Position numbers and translations under genes: made by a program
Shown here: piece by piece, positions 1-9,577 of the stretch
Position numbering within the stretch: the stretch's first letter is position 1
Layout of the letters: the number at the start of each line of letters is the position of its first letter
The notes under the pieces: generated by a model
Seen by the model: only the letters and a program-made list of their open reading frames with translations
What the model was told of the DNA's origin: nothing
Databases searched by the model: none
Source of the DNA: a virus
Length of the DNA stretch: 64,000 nt
Strand: one strand, 5' to 3'
Virus record (IMG/VR): IMGVR_UViG_3300021962_000027

Positions 1-207
1 ATCGAATTTTTTTAATTGGGATAAACTACCTTTTAATATTAAGGATTTAAACTCTTTTTGCCCCCTGGTTGATTTAACTAGTTCTACTAAAAAGTCAATA
101 AATTCAAGTTTATTTATTTTTTTTTGCGCATCACTGACATATGGTTTCTGTGTATTAGAAACCACTAATGACCTATATCTTGAAAATATTTCGCTTTGTG
201 AACTCAT
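1..207 (-). CDS. hypothetical protein, 5' part (runs off the window's left edge)
   Basis: ATG at 207-205 overlaps the stop of the upstream ORF. The frame is open (MSSQSEIFSRYRSLVVSNTQKPY...) to position 1. Confidence 0.7.
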   Translation of the reverse strand, partial: MSSQSEIFSRYRSLVVSNTQKPYVSDAQKKINKLEFIDFLVELVKSTRGQKEFKSLILKGSLSQLKKFD

Positions 208-584
208 TATTCATATTCTTTTTCGTTCTTATCTGATGAATCACCCTGTTTTTTAATGTAGTCTTCAGCCCATTTTCTGTCCTCATCAGTAATTGTCATA
301 CTAACACCAGAACCTTCTGTTGGTTTACCAGATTTATAAAGAATATCACCTTGTATTTTGATTAATCTAAGTTTTTTCTCAATAGACGAATCAATGATTT
401 TAAGTAAATCATTTGTTATTTTACCAACTAAGGCTATATCTGAATTTTCATTAATGTCTCTAGAGAATTTTTTATAAGCCGTTAAAGCCCTATTTCTCTC
501 ATCAACAATCTCATTGTATGTTTCTTGCATAAGCTCTTTCATGCTTTCTTCCGAAACGTCAACTTTTTTCTTTTTAGGTACCAT
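207..584 (-). CDS. hypothetical protein (coiled-coil rich)
   Basis: 125-aa ORF in tight gene order, with a late-promoter-like motif at 602-608. Confidence 0.75.
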   Translation of the reverse strand: MVPKKKKVDVSEESMKELMQETYNEIVDERNRALTAYKKFSRDINENSDIALVGKITNDLLKIIDSSIEKKLRLIKIQGDILYKSGKPTEGSGVSMTITDEDRKWAEDYIKKQGDSSDKNEKEYE

Positions 585-608
585 AATAATGTTATTTATT
601 AATAAATA

Positions 609-1322
609 TCAGGTATCCAAATAATCGTCCTTAAAAATCTTATATAAAGACTTAAATCTCTTCATACTATTCCTAATTTCCTTAGTATTTAAACCTGTCA
701 TGTTTCTAATATATAGTAATATTAGGTTTTTATTAAATTTAGGTGAATTCTTACCGTCATTAACTTGTGAGAATAATTCTCGCCATTCTTCAAGTATTTT
801 AACCAATGAGTGCCCAACTTTAAATTCGTTTTCGGATAAATTATCGGCATCAAGATCTTTTCTTATATTAGACGCTAGTGATTCAATAAAAATATTTAAA
901 TCTAATTCATCATTATCAATCCTATATAATAGTTCATCCCTTTTTAGGATATCACCCTCACTTTGATCAATGTCAACAAGTGACATATTTTTTTTATATT
1001 CTTTAACCATCTCACCAAAGAGATAGTTTTTACAGATGGTACCAAAATATGAAAATGATCTTTTACCCTTTTCGGGTTTAAATTTATCAAATTTAGTCAT
1101 TAAGAATGATAGTGTATCCGCATGCAGGTCGTTGAATTCGTATGATTGTCTGTATAATTTATACGTTCGTATTATACTTTCTATCATAGTATTGATAGGT
1201 TCTTGTAAATATTCTCGATAAATTTTTTCTCTTTCTCCGACAGTTTTAGCATCCAGAAACATGATCACCGCTTTCTCCTGGTCCACACCATAGTAGTTGC
1301 GATCTTTTTTCTGTCTTGCCAT
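609..1322 (-). CDS. phage RNA polymerase sigma factor, T4 gp55 (late sigma)-like
   Basis: Sigma region-2-like motif DLHADTLSFL..KFDKFKPEKGKRSFSYFGTICKNYL, typical of gp55-like sigma factors. Confidence 0.75.
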   Translation of the reverse strand: MARQKKDRNYYGVDQEKAVIMFLDAKTVGEREKIYREYLQEPINTMIESIIRTYKLYRQSYEFNDLHADTLSFLMTKFDKFKPEKGKRSFSYFGTICKNYLFGEMVKEYKKNMSLVDIDQSEGDILKRDELLYRIDNDELDLNIFIESLASNIRKDLDADNLSENEFKVGHSLVKILEEWRELFSQVNDGKNSPKFNKNLILLYIRNMTGLNTKEIRNSMKRFKSLYKIFKDDYLDT

Positions 1323-2152
1323 TATTCAGTAACTTCATTTTCCTCATAAATTATATGTCTGTCTTCGTTAAACATGTACTCTTTTTTAGCCGTTTCCATC
1401 CAGAAAATAGCTTCTTTTGGTTCGATTTTGTATTCGATAGCCTCGCTATTTTTATATAACCAGAATAACGAACCATCTCTCATGTTAATGTGTTTATACC
1501 CAATTTTAGGGATAACCATTGATTTGTAACCATTTTTATGGAAACGCAATAAGAACTCATAATTAAATGTTAATTTTATTTGCTTAAGACCGTTGATTTC
1601 ATTGTAAACAGATGTTTTAATAACCATACCACACGGACTGATATTTGGGTATTCCAATAAAGTTTCCAAATCAATTGACCCTAGATTTTCTGTAAAATTA
1701 TACGCCCATACAGCTTCGTTTGATAAACCGATAAATTTATTATCTTCAGCAACATCATTAATAATTGGTAAAAACATGTCAACATCCGAATAAGCTTGGA
1801 TATGCTCTTCAACATTTTTATACCAAGTTTTTGAAACCTCATCATCAAATTCGAGCACACTCATAAATTCGGTTGTAACTTCTTTGGCAGCGAAATTTAA
1901 TTGATTTTGGTAATCGCTATCACCGTCATTGGTGATAACCTCAATGTTTAAGTCATATTTTTTGAAATCGAATGTTTCCATTTTAGCGATCACATCAATG
2001 CAATTACATGTAACGATTAAAACCTTTTCTGGTTTAGTATCATTTCTATCGATTGATGATAATGCGATGTCAAATAAAACATCAAATTTTTGCGTACCGA
2101 TATCCTCTACTGAATGTACTGGTACTATAACGGTTAAATTAGTTTTCTTCAT
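1322..2152 (-). CDS. glycosyltransferase, GT2/GT-A fold
   Basis: N-terminal LTVIVPVH, DxD-like EFDD, C-terminal YEFLLRF...VIPKIGYKH. Confidence 0.8.
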   Translation of the reverse strand: MKKTNLTVIVPVHSVEDIGTQKFDVLFDIALSSIDRNDTKPEKVLIVTCNCIDVIAKMETFDFKKYDLNIEVITNDGDSDYQNQLNFAAKEVTTEFMSVLEFDDEVSKTWYKNVEEHIQAYSDVDMFLPIINDVAEDNKFIGLSNEAVWAYNFTENLGSIDLETLLEYPNISPCGMVIKTSVYNEINGLKQIKLTFNYEFLLRFHKNGYKSMVIPKIGYKHINMRDGSLFWLYKNSEAIEYKIEPKEAIFWMETAKKEYMFNEDRHIIYEENEVTE

Positions 2153-3221
2153 TTTCTTCTACTGTTTGTTGGTTAAAATTTTCTTTTATTTTTTCTAATT
2201 TAGAAATCTTCTTATTGAATAAGTGTTGGAAAACTTCTGTTGTATTCTTTTCAAAAATTTCGTGTGTATATCTATCGATGATGGTTTCGGAAACATTAAG
2301 TAAATTTTCTGGTAATGTATCATCTAACCAATTTTTAATATAACTAGATAAGATCTCTGGGATCTGATTTTCATCATAAACCCAAATTCCATTATCATCC
2401 GTCATCCATTCTGGGATGATATTAGGTACTTTACCGATAACAGGTACATTACATCTAATTGATTCAGCTGGGAATCTACCGAAAGATGAATCATCATCAA
2501 CCCAAATAGAAACAGCACATTCTTTTAAATTTTCCGCAAAATCATTATGATTCATAGCGTGCATATCTTTAAAAGAGATAAATCTGTAAATAGGATATTT
2601 AAGGTAAAACGCTTTAATAATCTTAGCAGCTTTTCTCGCTTCACGGCAATGAATTGCGATGATAGGTTTTTTTGGTTTTTCGCTAGTTGTAAAAACTTCT
2701 GATAAACTTGGTTCGATGAACTGTACGTCTTCCACGGGAACCGTATCTTCGATCATAGCCTTTAATGTATTAGAAGTAGTGATGCACTCTTCAGCACCAA
2801 GATCAACCCATGATTTACCAGGTGAAAAAGCTTCTAACATGTAGTCAAAAGACTGTACATAAATGATTTTTTCCAAAGGCATTGTATTGATTTGTTCAAA
2901 CACACTACCATAAACTTCTGGTACAACGATAAAATCAGATGGTCCAACAACTAAATTGTTGTCTTCAATAGACATGTGTTCTAATTCATCACATTCTGGT
3001 GTTAACCAAGAACCAACTTTAATGAAGTCATTTTTTTCGTGTAAAATAGCCACATTATAACCATTATTTTTAAGCGCTAATGCTTGGTTGTACAAGTGAA
3101 TCACACTTGATTTACCGTTACCCTTTGTATCAGGTACTAGGAAAATAATTTTATGCTCTTTGTTTTTAATCTTATCGATCGCAGAGTCAAGATTTTTAAC
3201 TATTTCTTTACTTTTTTCCAT
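2139..3221 (-). CDS. glycosyltransferase, GT-B fold (GT4-like)
   Basis: DFIVVPEVY..., SSFGRFPAESIRCNVPVIG resembles the GT4 EGFGLPxxEAM motif. Confidence 0.7.
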   Translation of the reverse strand: MEKSKEIVKNLDSAIDKIKNKEHKIIFLVPDTKGNGKSSVIHLYNQALALKNNGYNVAILHEKNDFIKVGSWLTPECDELEHMSIEDNNLVVGPSDFIVVPEVYGSVFEQINTMPLEKIIYVQSFDYMLEAFSPGKSWVDLGAEECITTSNTLKAMIEDTVPVEDVQFIEPSLSEVFTTSEKPKKPIIAIHCREARKAAKIIKAFYLKYPIYRFISFKDMHAMNHNDFAENLKECAVSIWVDDDSSFGRFPAESIRCNVPVIGKVPNIIPEWMTDDNGIWVYDENQIPEILSSYIKNWLDDTLPENLLNVSETIIDRYTHEIFEKNTTEVFQHLFNKKISKLEKIKENFNQQTVEENEEN

Positions 3222-3843
3222 TTTTTTCTTTATTTAGTTTTTTTAGTAGTTTGAATAATTCTTCAGTATTAATTATAGTATAATCGGATTTAATGTCAAT
3301 ATTAAATTCATTTTGATATTTTATCGATACCTTATCTTTGGGTTTTGTTTTAAGTAATTTGGGGTTATCTGTCACTAGTACATCACAGTTAGACCAAAAA
3401 TCCTTCCACTTTTTGGGGAAGACTATCTGATCTAGGTTATAGTAATTCTTACTTAAGAAAAATAATGTAGCCGACTTTGATCTTTGGCTTTCATTATTCA
3501 ATAAAATTATATTGATCTTATTTTTATTGGAGAAATCAGATATTTGTTTAATTATACCTGGTATTGTCTCATCTGTTCTCCCAAAAACCTCAAAACAAGC
3601 GTCCTCATACATAAATCTATCCAGATTAAAAGATGTATCTTTTTTGTTTTCAGTAAATTCAATCTCTTGGTCGTCTTTGAACTCAGGTTCGTCAACATCA
3701 CCTTCAATATCTGGGAAGGACTTGGATAAATCAAAAGGATTTATAGGTTCGATAGCTTCTTTTTCGAATTCGAACTCATATAAATCCTTAAGTTTTGAAA
3801 TGTGGTCTCTTAGTATGTTGTTTATAGTTATACCTACTATCAT
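3208..3843 (-). CDS. HAD-fold 5'(3')-deoxyribonucleotidase-like protein, degenerate active site
   Basis: MIVGITINNILRD resembles IGIDIDGVLRD, and CDVLVTDNP resembles DILIDDNP. The catalytic Asp residues are replaced. Confidence 0.55.
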   Translation of the reverse strand: MIVGITINNILRDHISKLKDLYEFEFEKEAIEPINPFDLSKSFPDIEGDVDEPEFKDDQEIEFTENKKDTSFNLDRFMYEDACFEVFGRTDETIPGIIKQISDFSNKNKINIILLNNESQRSKSATLFFLSKNYYNLDQIVFPKKWKDFWSNCDVLVTDNPKLLKTKPKDKVSIKYQNEFNIDIKSDYTIINTEELFKLLKKLNKEKNGKK

Positions 3844-3891
3844 ATCATTATTTTTAGATAAAAATAATAATGAAGTGGTGTAAAATAAACC

Positions 3892-4656
3892 CTACATTTT
3901 ATTTTCGTTAAATATTTTTTCGATTTTTTTGATTAGAGGGTTTCTTACAACATCGTCTTCACCCAAAACAATCGTACCAACTTCATCAAAATCGCTAAAC
4001 TTTTGGATGATGAAGTTTAATGAACTCTCACCTCTTTTTTTCATATCAATTTGATTTTCATCACCAAGAAAAATCATTTTAGAGTTTTCACCTAATCTGG
4101 TCATGATTGTTCTGATATTATCTATTGAGATATTTTGAGCCTCATCGATAATAGTGATCGAATTATCAATATTGATACCTCTCATATACGCAATCGGCAT
4201 CTCTTCGATCATATTATTAGCTCGTAGAATTTCAACATTATGTTTACCAACCACTTTTTCAAAATTATGCATAAATGAGAACATAAATGGTTCCATCTTT
4301 TCTTTCATCGTACCTTTTAAAAAACCAATCTCTTCATCTTTTAAAGTCGTTACCGATTTAACTATAACAATTTTTCTATATCTAGAGTCATTCTTAAGTA
4401 ATTCCAAAGCCATGGCGCATGATAAAAAGGTTTTACCAGTACCTGGTAAACCAGAACAAATAACAATCTCTTTATTCCTTATTTCAGTAATGAGCTTTTT
4501 TTGGTTTTGAGTTTTGCATTTAATGTCCACCTTCATTTTATCTAAAACATTACCACTGTGCGCACGGGTAATACTTTCAAGAGCTTCATACTCTTCTTCA
4601 GGTGTTAATTTTTTTCTCGTTCTTCTTGTTGTTGGTTTTGTTTGTCTGTTACCCAT
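3892..4656 (-). CDS. phoH: PhoH family ATPase
   Basis: GLPGTGKTFL Walker A, EIGFLKG, YMRG, IIDEAQN, TRLGENSK, GDENQID. Confidence 0.95.
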   Translation of the reverse strand: MGNRQTKPTTRRTRKKLTPEEEYEALESITRAHSGNVLDKMKVDIKCKTQNQKKLITEIRNKEIVICSGLPGTGKTFLSCAMALELLKNDSRYRKIVIVKSVTTLKDEEIGFLKGTMKEKMEPFMFSFMHNFEKVVGKHNVEILRANNMIEEMPIAYMRGINIDNSITIIDEAQNISIDNIRTIMTRLGENSKMIFLGDENQIDMKKRGESSLNFIIQKFSDFDEVGTIVLGEDDVVRNPLIKKIEKIFNENKM

Positions 4657-4657
4657 A

Positions 4658-4948
4658 TTAAAAGTAATTTTCGCTGTTTATATTTTTATCATCAATAAAT
4701 AAATCATAAGGTGGTTTACCAAACTTTAACTCGTGGTATTTAACACCCCATTCTTTAAATTGTTTCTTTGTTAACTCTGAATGGTCAATACCTGTAACAG
4801 AACCTCTTGCTGTCCAGTATACAATTGTATTACCTTCATCGTATAATTTATTTATTTTTTCAATCCTTTCGGGCATCGGTGTTACTTCATTATAATCGGT
4901 ACCCTCTGTAACACATATTGTATTATCAATATCAACGTATATTAACAT
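4658..4948 (-). CDS. small HAD-family phosphatase (capsule-biosynthesis type; candidate nonulosonate-9-phosphate phosphatase)
   Basis: VDIDNTI (motif I), WTARG (motif II), GKP..DLFIDDK (motifs III/IV). Lies directly downstream of the NeuB-like gene. Confidence 0.85.
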   Translation of the reverse strand: MLIYVDIDNTICVTEGTDYNEVTPMPERIEKINKLYDEGNTIVYWTARGSVTGIDHSELTKKQFKEWGVKYHELKFGKPPYDLFIDDKNINSENYF

Positions 4949-4983
4949 AGTTTAACTAATTTGATGTCGTCTTTATTTTTTAA

Positions 4984-5817
4984 TTATTTTCTTAAACTTT
5001 TTTGTTTACTCAGTTCACCACCAAATAGTTCTCTAGCCATCATTGGTATTGATAGGGCTGCTTCGATATCACGAACACCTTTAACTAGTTTAAATAACCC
5101 AGATGGTTCAATTGATGCCGAATGATCTGAACCCCACATATCTCTATCCAGTGTGATATGTCGTTCAATCCAAGTTGCACCCATTGGGATGGTTGCAAAC
5201 GTTGTAACTAAACCATATTCATGACCACTATAACCAATCTCTTTATCAGGGTACCAGTTTTTAAGCCAATGGATATAATTGAGATTTAATTCATCAACAG
5301 GGCATGGGTATGTTGAATTGGTATGCATGATAACATCAGGATCACACTCTGAGATACAAGCCCTAACTTCTTTTTCAGTACTCATACCAGTTGAAATCAT
5401 CAGATAATCTGCTTTCCCCCTGGCGTACTGACATAACTCAGAATCGGTTATTAGAGCTGATGGTATTTTCATAACAACACCCAAATCGGTTTTATATTTC
5501 ATCATAAAATCAACCGATGATTTATCCCAAACAGAGGCAAACCAATTAATACCGATTTCTTTACAGAATCTATCAATTTCGTCATATTCTTCATAACCAA
5601 ATTCTGTTCTCCATTTATATTCTAAATAAGTTATTTCACCCCAAGGTGTCTGACGCATTTTACTTTTTTGCTCCTCTGGTACGCAAACGTCTGGGTTTCT
5701 TTTTTGAAACTTTACGTAGTCACATCCAGCGGCTTTTGCAACAAGGATTAAATCCTTTGCTATTTTAAGGTCACCGTTATGGTTGATACCTATTTCAGCG
5801 ATAATTTTTGTACTCAT
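4984..5817 (-). CDS. neuB: N-acetylneuraminate/nonulosonate synthase (NeuB family), without the C-terminal antifreeze-like domain
   Basis: IIAEIGINHNGD, VKFQKR, KIPS, ISTGMS, HTNSTYP, GYSGHE, IERHITLD, GSDHSAS. Confidence 0.93.
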   Translation of the reverse strand: MSTKIIAEIGINHNGDLKIAKDLILVAKAAGCDYVKFQKRNPDVCVPEEQKSKMRQTPWGEITYLEYKWRTEFGYEEYDEIDRFCKEIGINWFASVWDKSSVDFMMKYKTDLGVVMKIPSALITDSELCQYARGKADYLMISTGMSTEKEVRACISECDPDVIMHTNSTYPCPVDELNLNYIHWLKNWYPDKEIGYSGHEYGLVTTFATIPMGATWIERHITLDRDMWGSDHSASIEPSGLFKLVKGVRDIEAALSIPMMARELFGGELSKQKSLRK

Positions 5818-5821
5818 TTTG

Positions 5822-6463
5822 TTAATTAATTAAATCGGTGTAAAATATTTTATTTAGCATAATGTAGTCGTTTTGTTTGACATTAATTGATGATGATTTA
5901 AATATAGGGAAAAATCCCATTTTTTCAACATATTCTAGAACTTCTGGTTCAAGTGTTTGTCCGTTAAAATACTCAAGTTCCTCAGTCTCAATCTGTAGAA
6001 CCCTAATTTTATTTAATAAATTACCAAAACTTTCTAAAGCCTCTAAGGTTGCACCCTCAACATCGATTTTTACAAGATCGGGTATTAACAGATTATTTTT
6101 TGTGATAAAAGTATCCATTCTAGAACATTCTAGTTCAACTAATATATCTTTAGTTTTTGAAAGGTTTTGTTCAAAAATACTATGTATACCATTTTGTTCT
6201 TTCTGATAAAATTGTGTTTTGCCGTCATAATTACGAATAATTATTTGGTGGAAACTAACTTTATCGGTGTTTTTGTCTCGTAAAAATTTTTCATAATTAT
6301 CGGGTAATCCTTCAAAACCAACAACATCGCAATTAAATAATTCTGATAATAAAAAACTATCAGCGCCATTAAGGCATCCTATGTCGTAAACTGTTTTTAT
6401 TTCTGAGATGTCAATTTTTTTAACTAAAACATCTTTCATTGTTTGCATGTCTAATCTAGCCAT
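5822..6463 (-). CDS. FkbM family methyltransferase
   Basis: YDIGCLNG SAM-binding motif and DLVKIDVEGA. Confidence 0.88.
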   Translation of the reverse strand: MARLDMQTMKDVLVKKIDISEIKTVYDIGCLNGADSFLLSELFNCDVVGFEGLPDNYEKFLRDKNTDKVSFHQIIIRNYDGKTQFYQKEQNGIHSIFEQNLSKTKDILVELECSRMDTFITKNNLLIPDLVKIDVEGATLEALESFGNLLNKIRVLQIETEELEYFNGQTLEPEVLEYVEKMGFFPIFKSSSINVKQNDYIMLNKIFYTDLIN

Positions 6464-7302
6464 TTTTCGTAAATTTTAATGTATTCATTTGCAATTGTTT
6501 TCGGGTCCCAATATTTTTCCATCCAAAGCCTGCTTTCATAACCAAGCTCTAAAACATTATTTAAACCAGATTCAATTAACTCAATTAATTTATTTTTTAA
6601 TTCATCACAATTAACATTGATGAATGGATTTCTATCTGCACCAGAAGCTTCTAATAAAACTTTATTAACACTACTACCAATAGAACATATTGTTGCTGAC
6701 CCCATGGCCATAGCCTCTAACCCAGATCTATGATATGATGTTGTTTTAACCTCATCTATGAATATGTTACATAAAGCTTTTCTTTCTAAACATTCTTTTA
6801 AGGGTACACCAATTATTATATCAATTTCAATTTTATCTTTATAAATCTCTTTTAATTCGTTTAAAATAGGTACTGTCTCAACATACCCTTTATCAGCCCA
6901 ATCGGAACCTGGTTTAAGTGTTGATGGTGAGTAACCAATACGAATGATATCTTGTTGATATTGCGGGAAGAACATTTCGTCATATAAATCAATCGGATTC
7001 CTAACAATTTTACAGTTACTGTATTCTTGTAAAGTTGCGTGGTATTGCGCTATAACTAATTTAGGGCATGTGGCATCTAACGCAACCCTAAAAGGTTCAC
7101 TATGAAATTGAATTATATTTTTTTTATCCGTATCAATTAGTTTATTGTGCTGGTGTACGATATCGGTTTCAGGTATAATACCTTTTTGGGGGTATGAATA
7201 CCCAATAACATATGAATTATGATTTGTATATTTGTTAATAACATCACTAATAGCTTCAGGTGCTTTAGCTATTGCTGTTGGTTTATATTGTGCTATTATC
7301 AT
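6451..7302 (-). CDS. glycosyltransferase, GT-B (GT4-like)
   Basis: IGYSPS...KG, IFIDE, SGLEAMAMG motif, and an ELGYESRLWMEKYWD C-terminus. Confidence 0.75.
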   Translation of the reverse strand: MIIAQYKPTAIAKAPEAISDVINKYTNHNSYVIGYSYPQKGIIPETDIVHQHNKLIDTDKKNIIQFHSEPFRVALDATCPKLVIAQYHATLQEYSNCKIVRNPIDLYDEMFFPQYQQDIIRIGYSPSTLKPGSDWADKGYVETVPILNELKEIYKDKIEIDIIIGVPLKECLERKALCNIFIDEVKTTSYHRSGLEAMAMGSATICSIGSSVNKVLLEASGADRNPFINVNCDELKNKLIELIESGLNNVLELGYESRLWMEKYWDPKTIANEYIKIYEKWLD

Positions 7303-8293
7303 AAAAAGTTATAATATTATTTTCCTTATCGTAACTATTAGCATTTTCCATTATACTATTTTTTTCAAAATTATAATCATGTACGCTTGATATATTTAAA
7401 CTAACACCTTCATCGGTTCTTAAAATACTTTCGAGCCCGTTTTCGTAAAAATTAAAACCAATTAAATCTATTTTTTCGTAACCACCTAATTTTAATAATA
7501 ATGTTAACATAACAAAACCAGTTGTTGGTGGTTTATTTGTTATTTTTTGTCCATTTATTTCATTATGGTGATTATATTTTAATATAAGACTCTGTTTGAA
7601 TTTATCTAACGATTCAATTTTTTTAATCCAGTTTTTTAATGAAATTGAAACTACAAATCTAATTGGTACAAATTGATCTAGGTTTATATCTTGTAAATAA
7701 ACACTAGCGTGTATCGTGGTTTTTTTACCAGTATACTCTTCATCTAATTTAAAAGAATTAAACCTAATAACTATATCGTATGAATCAATTAGTCGGCCAT
7801 TTTTATTTTTTAATAAATCAGATGAATTAGCGACAAGTATTATATTTTTACCACTAATAAAATTTTTAAGATTTGTTAAATCAATAAAAGACCTGTTAAC
7901 ATTTTTAATCTTTAATTCACGATCTATAGTTTTTGATAATTTATCAATACTTTCTGAGTTTAGATTTTTTTTATCACTAATTAATTTATATAATTCAGTT
8001 AAATTCCTACCAGATTGTTGACCTTTTTTTTCAAATACCTTTTTGATAACCGTTTCAACAACATTACCTTTTTTTAATGTCGAATCTGGTACAACGCTAC
8101 ACCCTTTTTTCATAATAGTGGGTTCTGGTGTTGAGCTAATACCCCTTTTAAGGTGTGTTTTTTCTGGGACAACAACTTTTTCCTCAATAATAGCGCTCTG
8201 TTTGTCAGTATCAACTGTGACAACCTGCTCATCAGATTTTTTAACCACCTTGCCTTGCGTAAGGCCTTTATTTTTCTTTATGAAATAACCCAT
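7283..8293 (-). CDS. GT29-like sialyltransferase with a Lys-rich N-terminal extension
   Basis: Sialylmotif L (ILVANSSDLLKNKNGRLIDSYDIVIRFN...YTGKKTT), motif S (PTTGFVML...IDLIGF) and motif VS (HDYNFE). Confidence 0.8.
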   Translation of the reverse strand: MGYFIKKNKGLTQGKVVKKSDEQVVTVDTDKQSAIIEEKVVVPEKTHLKRGISSTPEPTIMKKGCSVVPDSTLKKGNVVETVIKKVFEKKGQQSGRNLTELYKLISDKKNLNSESIDKLSKTIDRELKIKNVNRSFIDLTNLKNFISGKNIILVANSSDLLKNKNGRLIDSYDIVIRFNSFKLDEEYTGKKTTIHASVYLQDINLDQFVPIRFVVSISLKNWIKKIESLDKFKQSLILKYNHHNEINGQKITNKPPTTGFVMLTLLLKLGGYEKIDLIGFNFYENGLESILRTDEGVSLNISSVHDYNFEKNSIMENANSYDKENNIITFYDNSTI

Positions 8294-8918
8294 CTAGATC
8301 TATTTTTGTGTCAACATCAATAACATCGTCAATTTTAAAGAAAAATGTGTCATCGTTATATAAATTATTATTAAGTTTTGTAAGTTCATTAACATTAAAT
8401 ATACAAACATAATGTGAAATCTCAAATACCGCTGGGTAATCTTGTCTTCTATATAAATTATGTTTAACCAATTGGGCACCTTTATTACCAATAATATCAA
8501 ACATGTATAAACAAGGGTGTGTTGATTTTATGTCTTTCTTACAAAGAAGGCTTTTCGCACCTTGTTCGATAAAGAATGTATATGCGTTTTTAATATCAGA
8601 CCAAGTTCTTTCTGGGTATGTTAAATAAAGCATAATAACGGTGTCACCAAAATTAATATCATTATTATCGATATGGTATTGGATGACATCTTTTGTACTT
8701 GTCTCATCCAGAGATAGATTATCTGGTCTAACACTAACATTTAAACCAATACTTTTACATTTTTCAATTAAAACCTCATCATCGGTTGAGATAAGTAAGT
8801 CTTTAAAATATTCAGTTGGAATAGTGTTGATCGTGTGTTCAAATAATAACCTATTTTTAAAAGGTAACCCTTTTGAATTACGTCTAGCTGGTATTAATAG
8901 TTTAACTTTATCGGTCAT
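8268..8918 (-). CDS. neuA: CMP-nonulosonate (acylneuraminate) cytidylyltransferase
   Basis: LIPARRNSKGLPFKNR, ISTDD, RP..LS.D, LYLTYPER, RRQDYP, IDVDT..D. Confidence 0.9.
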   Translation of the reverse strand: MTDKVKLLIPARRNSKGLPFKNRLLFEHTINTIPTEYFKDLLISTDDEVLIEKCKSIGLNVSVRPDNLSLDETSTKDVIQYHIDNNDINFGDTVIMLYLTYPERTWSDIKNAYTFFIEQGAKSLLCKKDIKSTHPCLYMFDIIGNKGAQLVKHNLYRRQDYPAVFEISHYVCIFNVNELTKLNNNLYNDDTFFFKIDDVIDVDTKIDLDGLFHKEK

Positions 8919-9577
8919 CTATATGTTCTGTTTTCTAGATTTAGTGAAACAAAGGGTATAACTGATACAACATTAGCGTCATAATGTTTTTTAACCTGTT
9001 TTTTTACCAAAATAGTTTGACCCTCTATCATTTTCAACCAAGTCTTATATTGATTCCAAGTAGACCAAGGTGTATCTTTTATTGTATTATAATACCCCTT
9101 AAAAGTCATTTCTCCATCAATTGTACCACAATCATGTCCAATCAAAATTATGTTCTTAGCGCCCATGTAAGCTGCTATATGAATAGCTGAGGTTATTGTT
9201 GAGAAGCTCACAACAATTTTATCACCACCGAAAACAGAGATGTCTACTTTATCGTGCAGATTATCGTTATGTTCGAAATAGTAAAGATTATCATGGTCCA
9301 CCTTGTTCGTGTTTAATTTATCCTCACCAGTGTTTAGGTTACCACTATCGTATTCGGAAACGATTACAATTGACTCTGTCGCTAAACTTTCTTTTATGAA
9401 TTTAACTTCTTTTCTAACTAAGTAATCACACCATATTTTTTTATAAGCTTGATTAACTCCGATAACAATTTTGTTATCAAAAAAATCTTCGTTGAAGAAA
9501 TCAACAGATTTACCTGAGGCTAATACGTATATGTCTTCACCTTGATGTTTATTCTTTAGTTCGATAATACCTTTCAT
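8915..9577 (-). CDS. Maf/DUF115 (MptE-like) fold protein, putative nonulosonate transferase
   Basis: LKNKHQGEDIYVLASGKS...IGVNQ...AIHIAAYMGAKNIILIGHD, the signature of the Maf/DUF115/GT42-like fold. Confidence 0.7.
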   Translation of the reverse strand: MKGIIELKNKHQGEDIYVLASGKSVDFFNEDFFDNKIVIGVNQAYKKIWCDYLVRKEVKFIKESLATESIVIVSEYDSGNLNTGEDKLNTNKVDHDNLYYFEHNDNLHDKVDISVFGGDKIVVSFSTITSAIHIAAYMGAKNIILIGHDCGTIDGEMTFKGYYNTIKDTPWSTWNQYKTWLKMIEGQTILVKKQVKKHYDANVVSVIPFVSLNLENRTYR

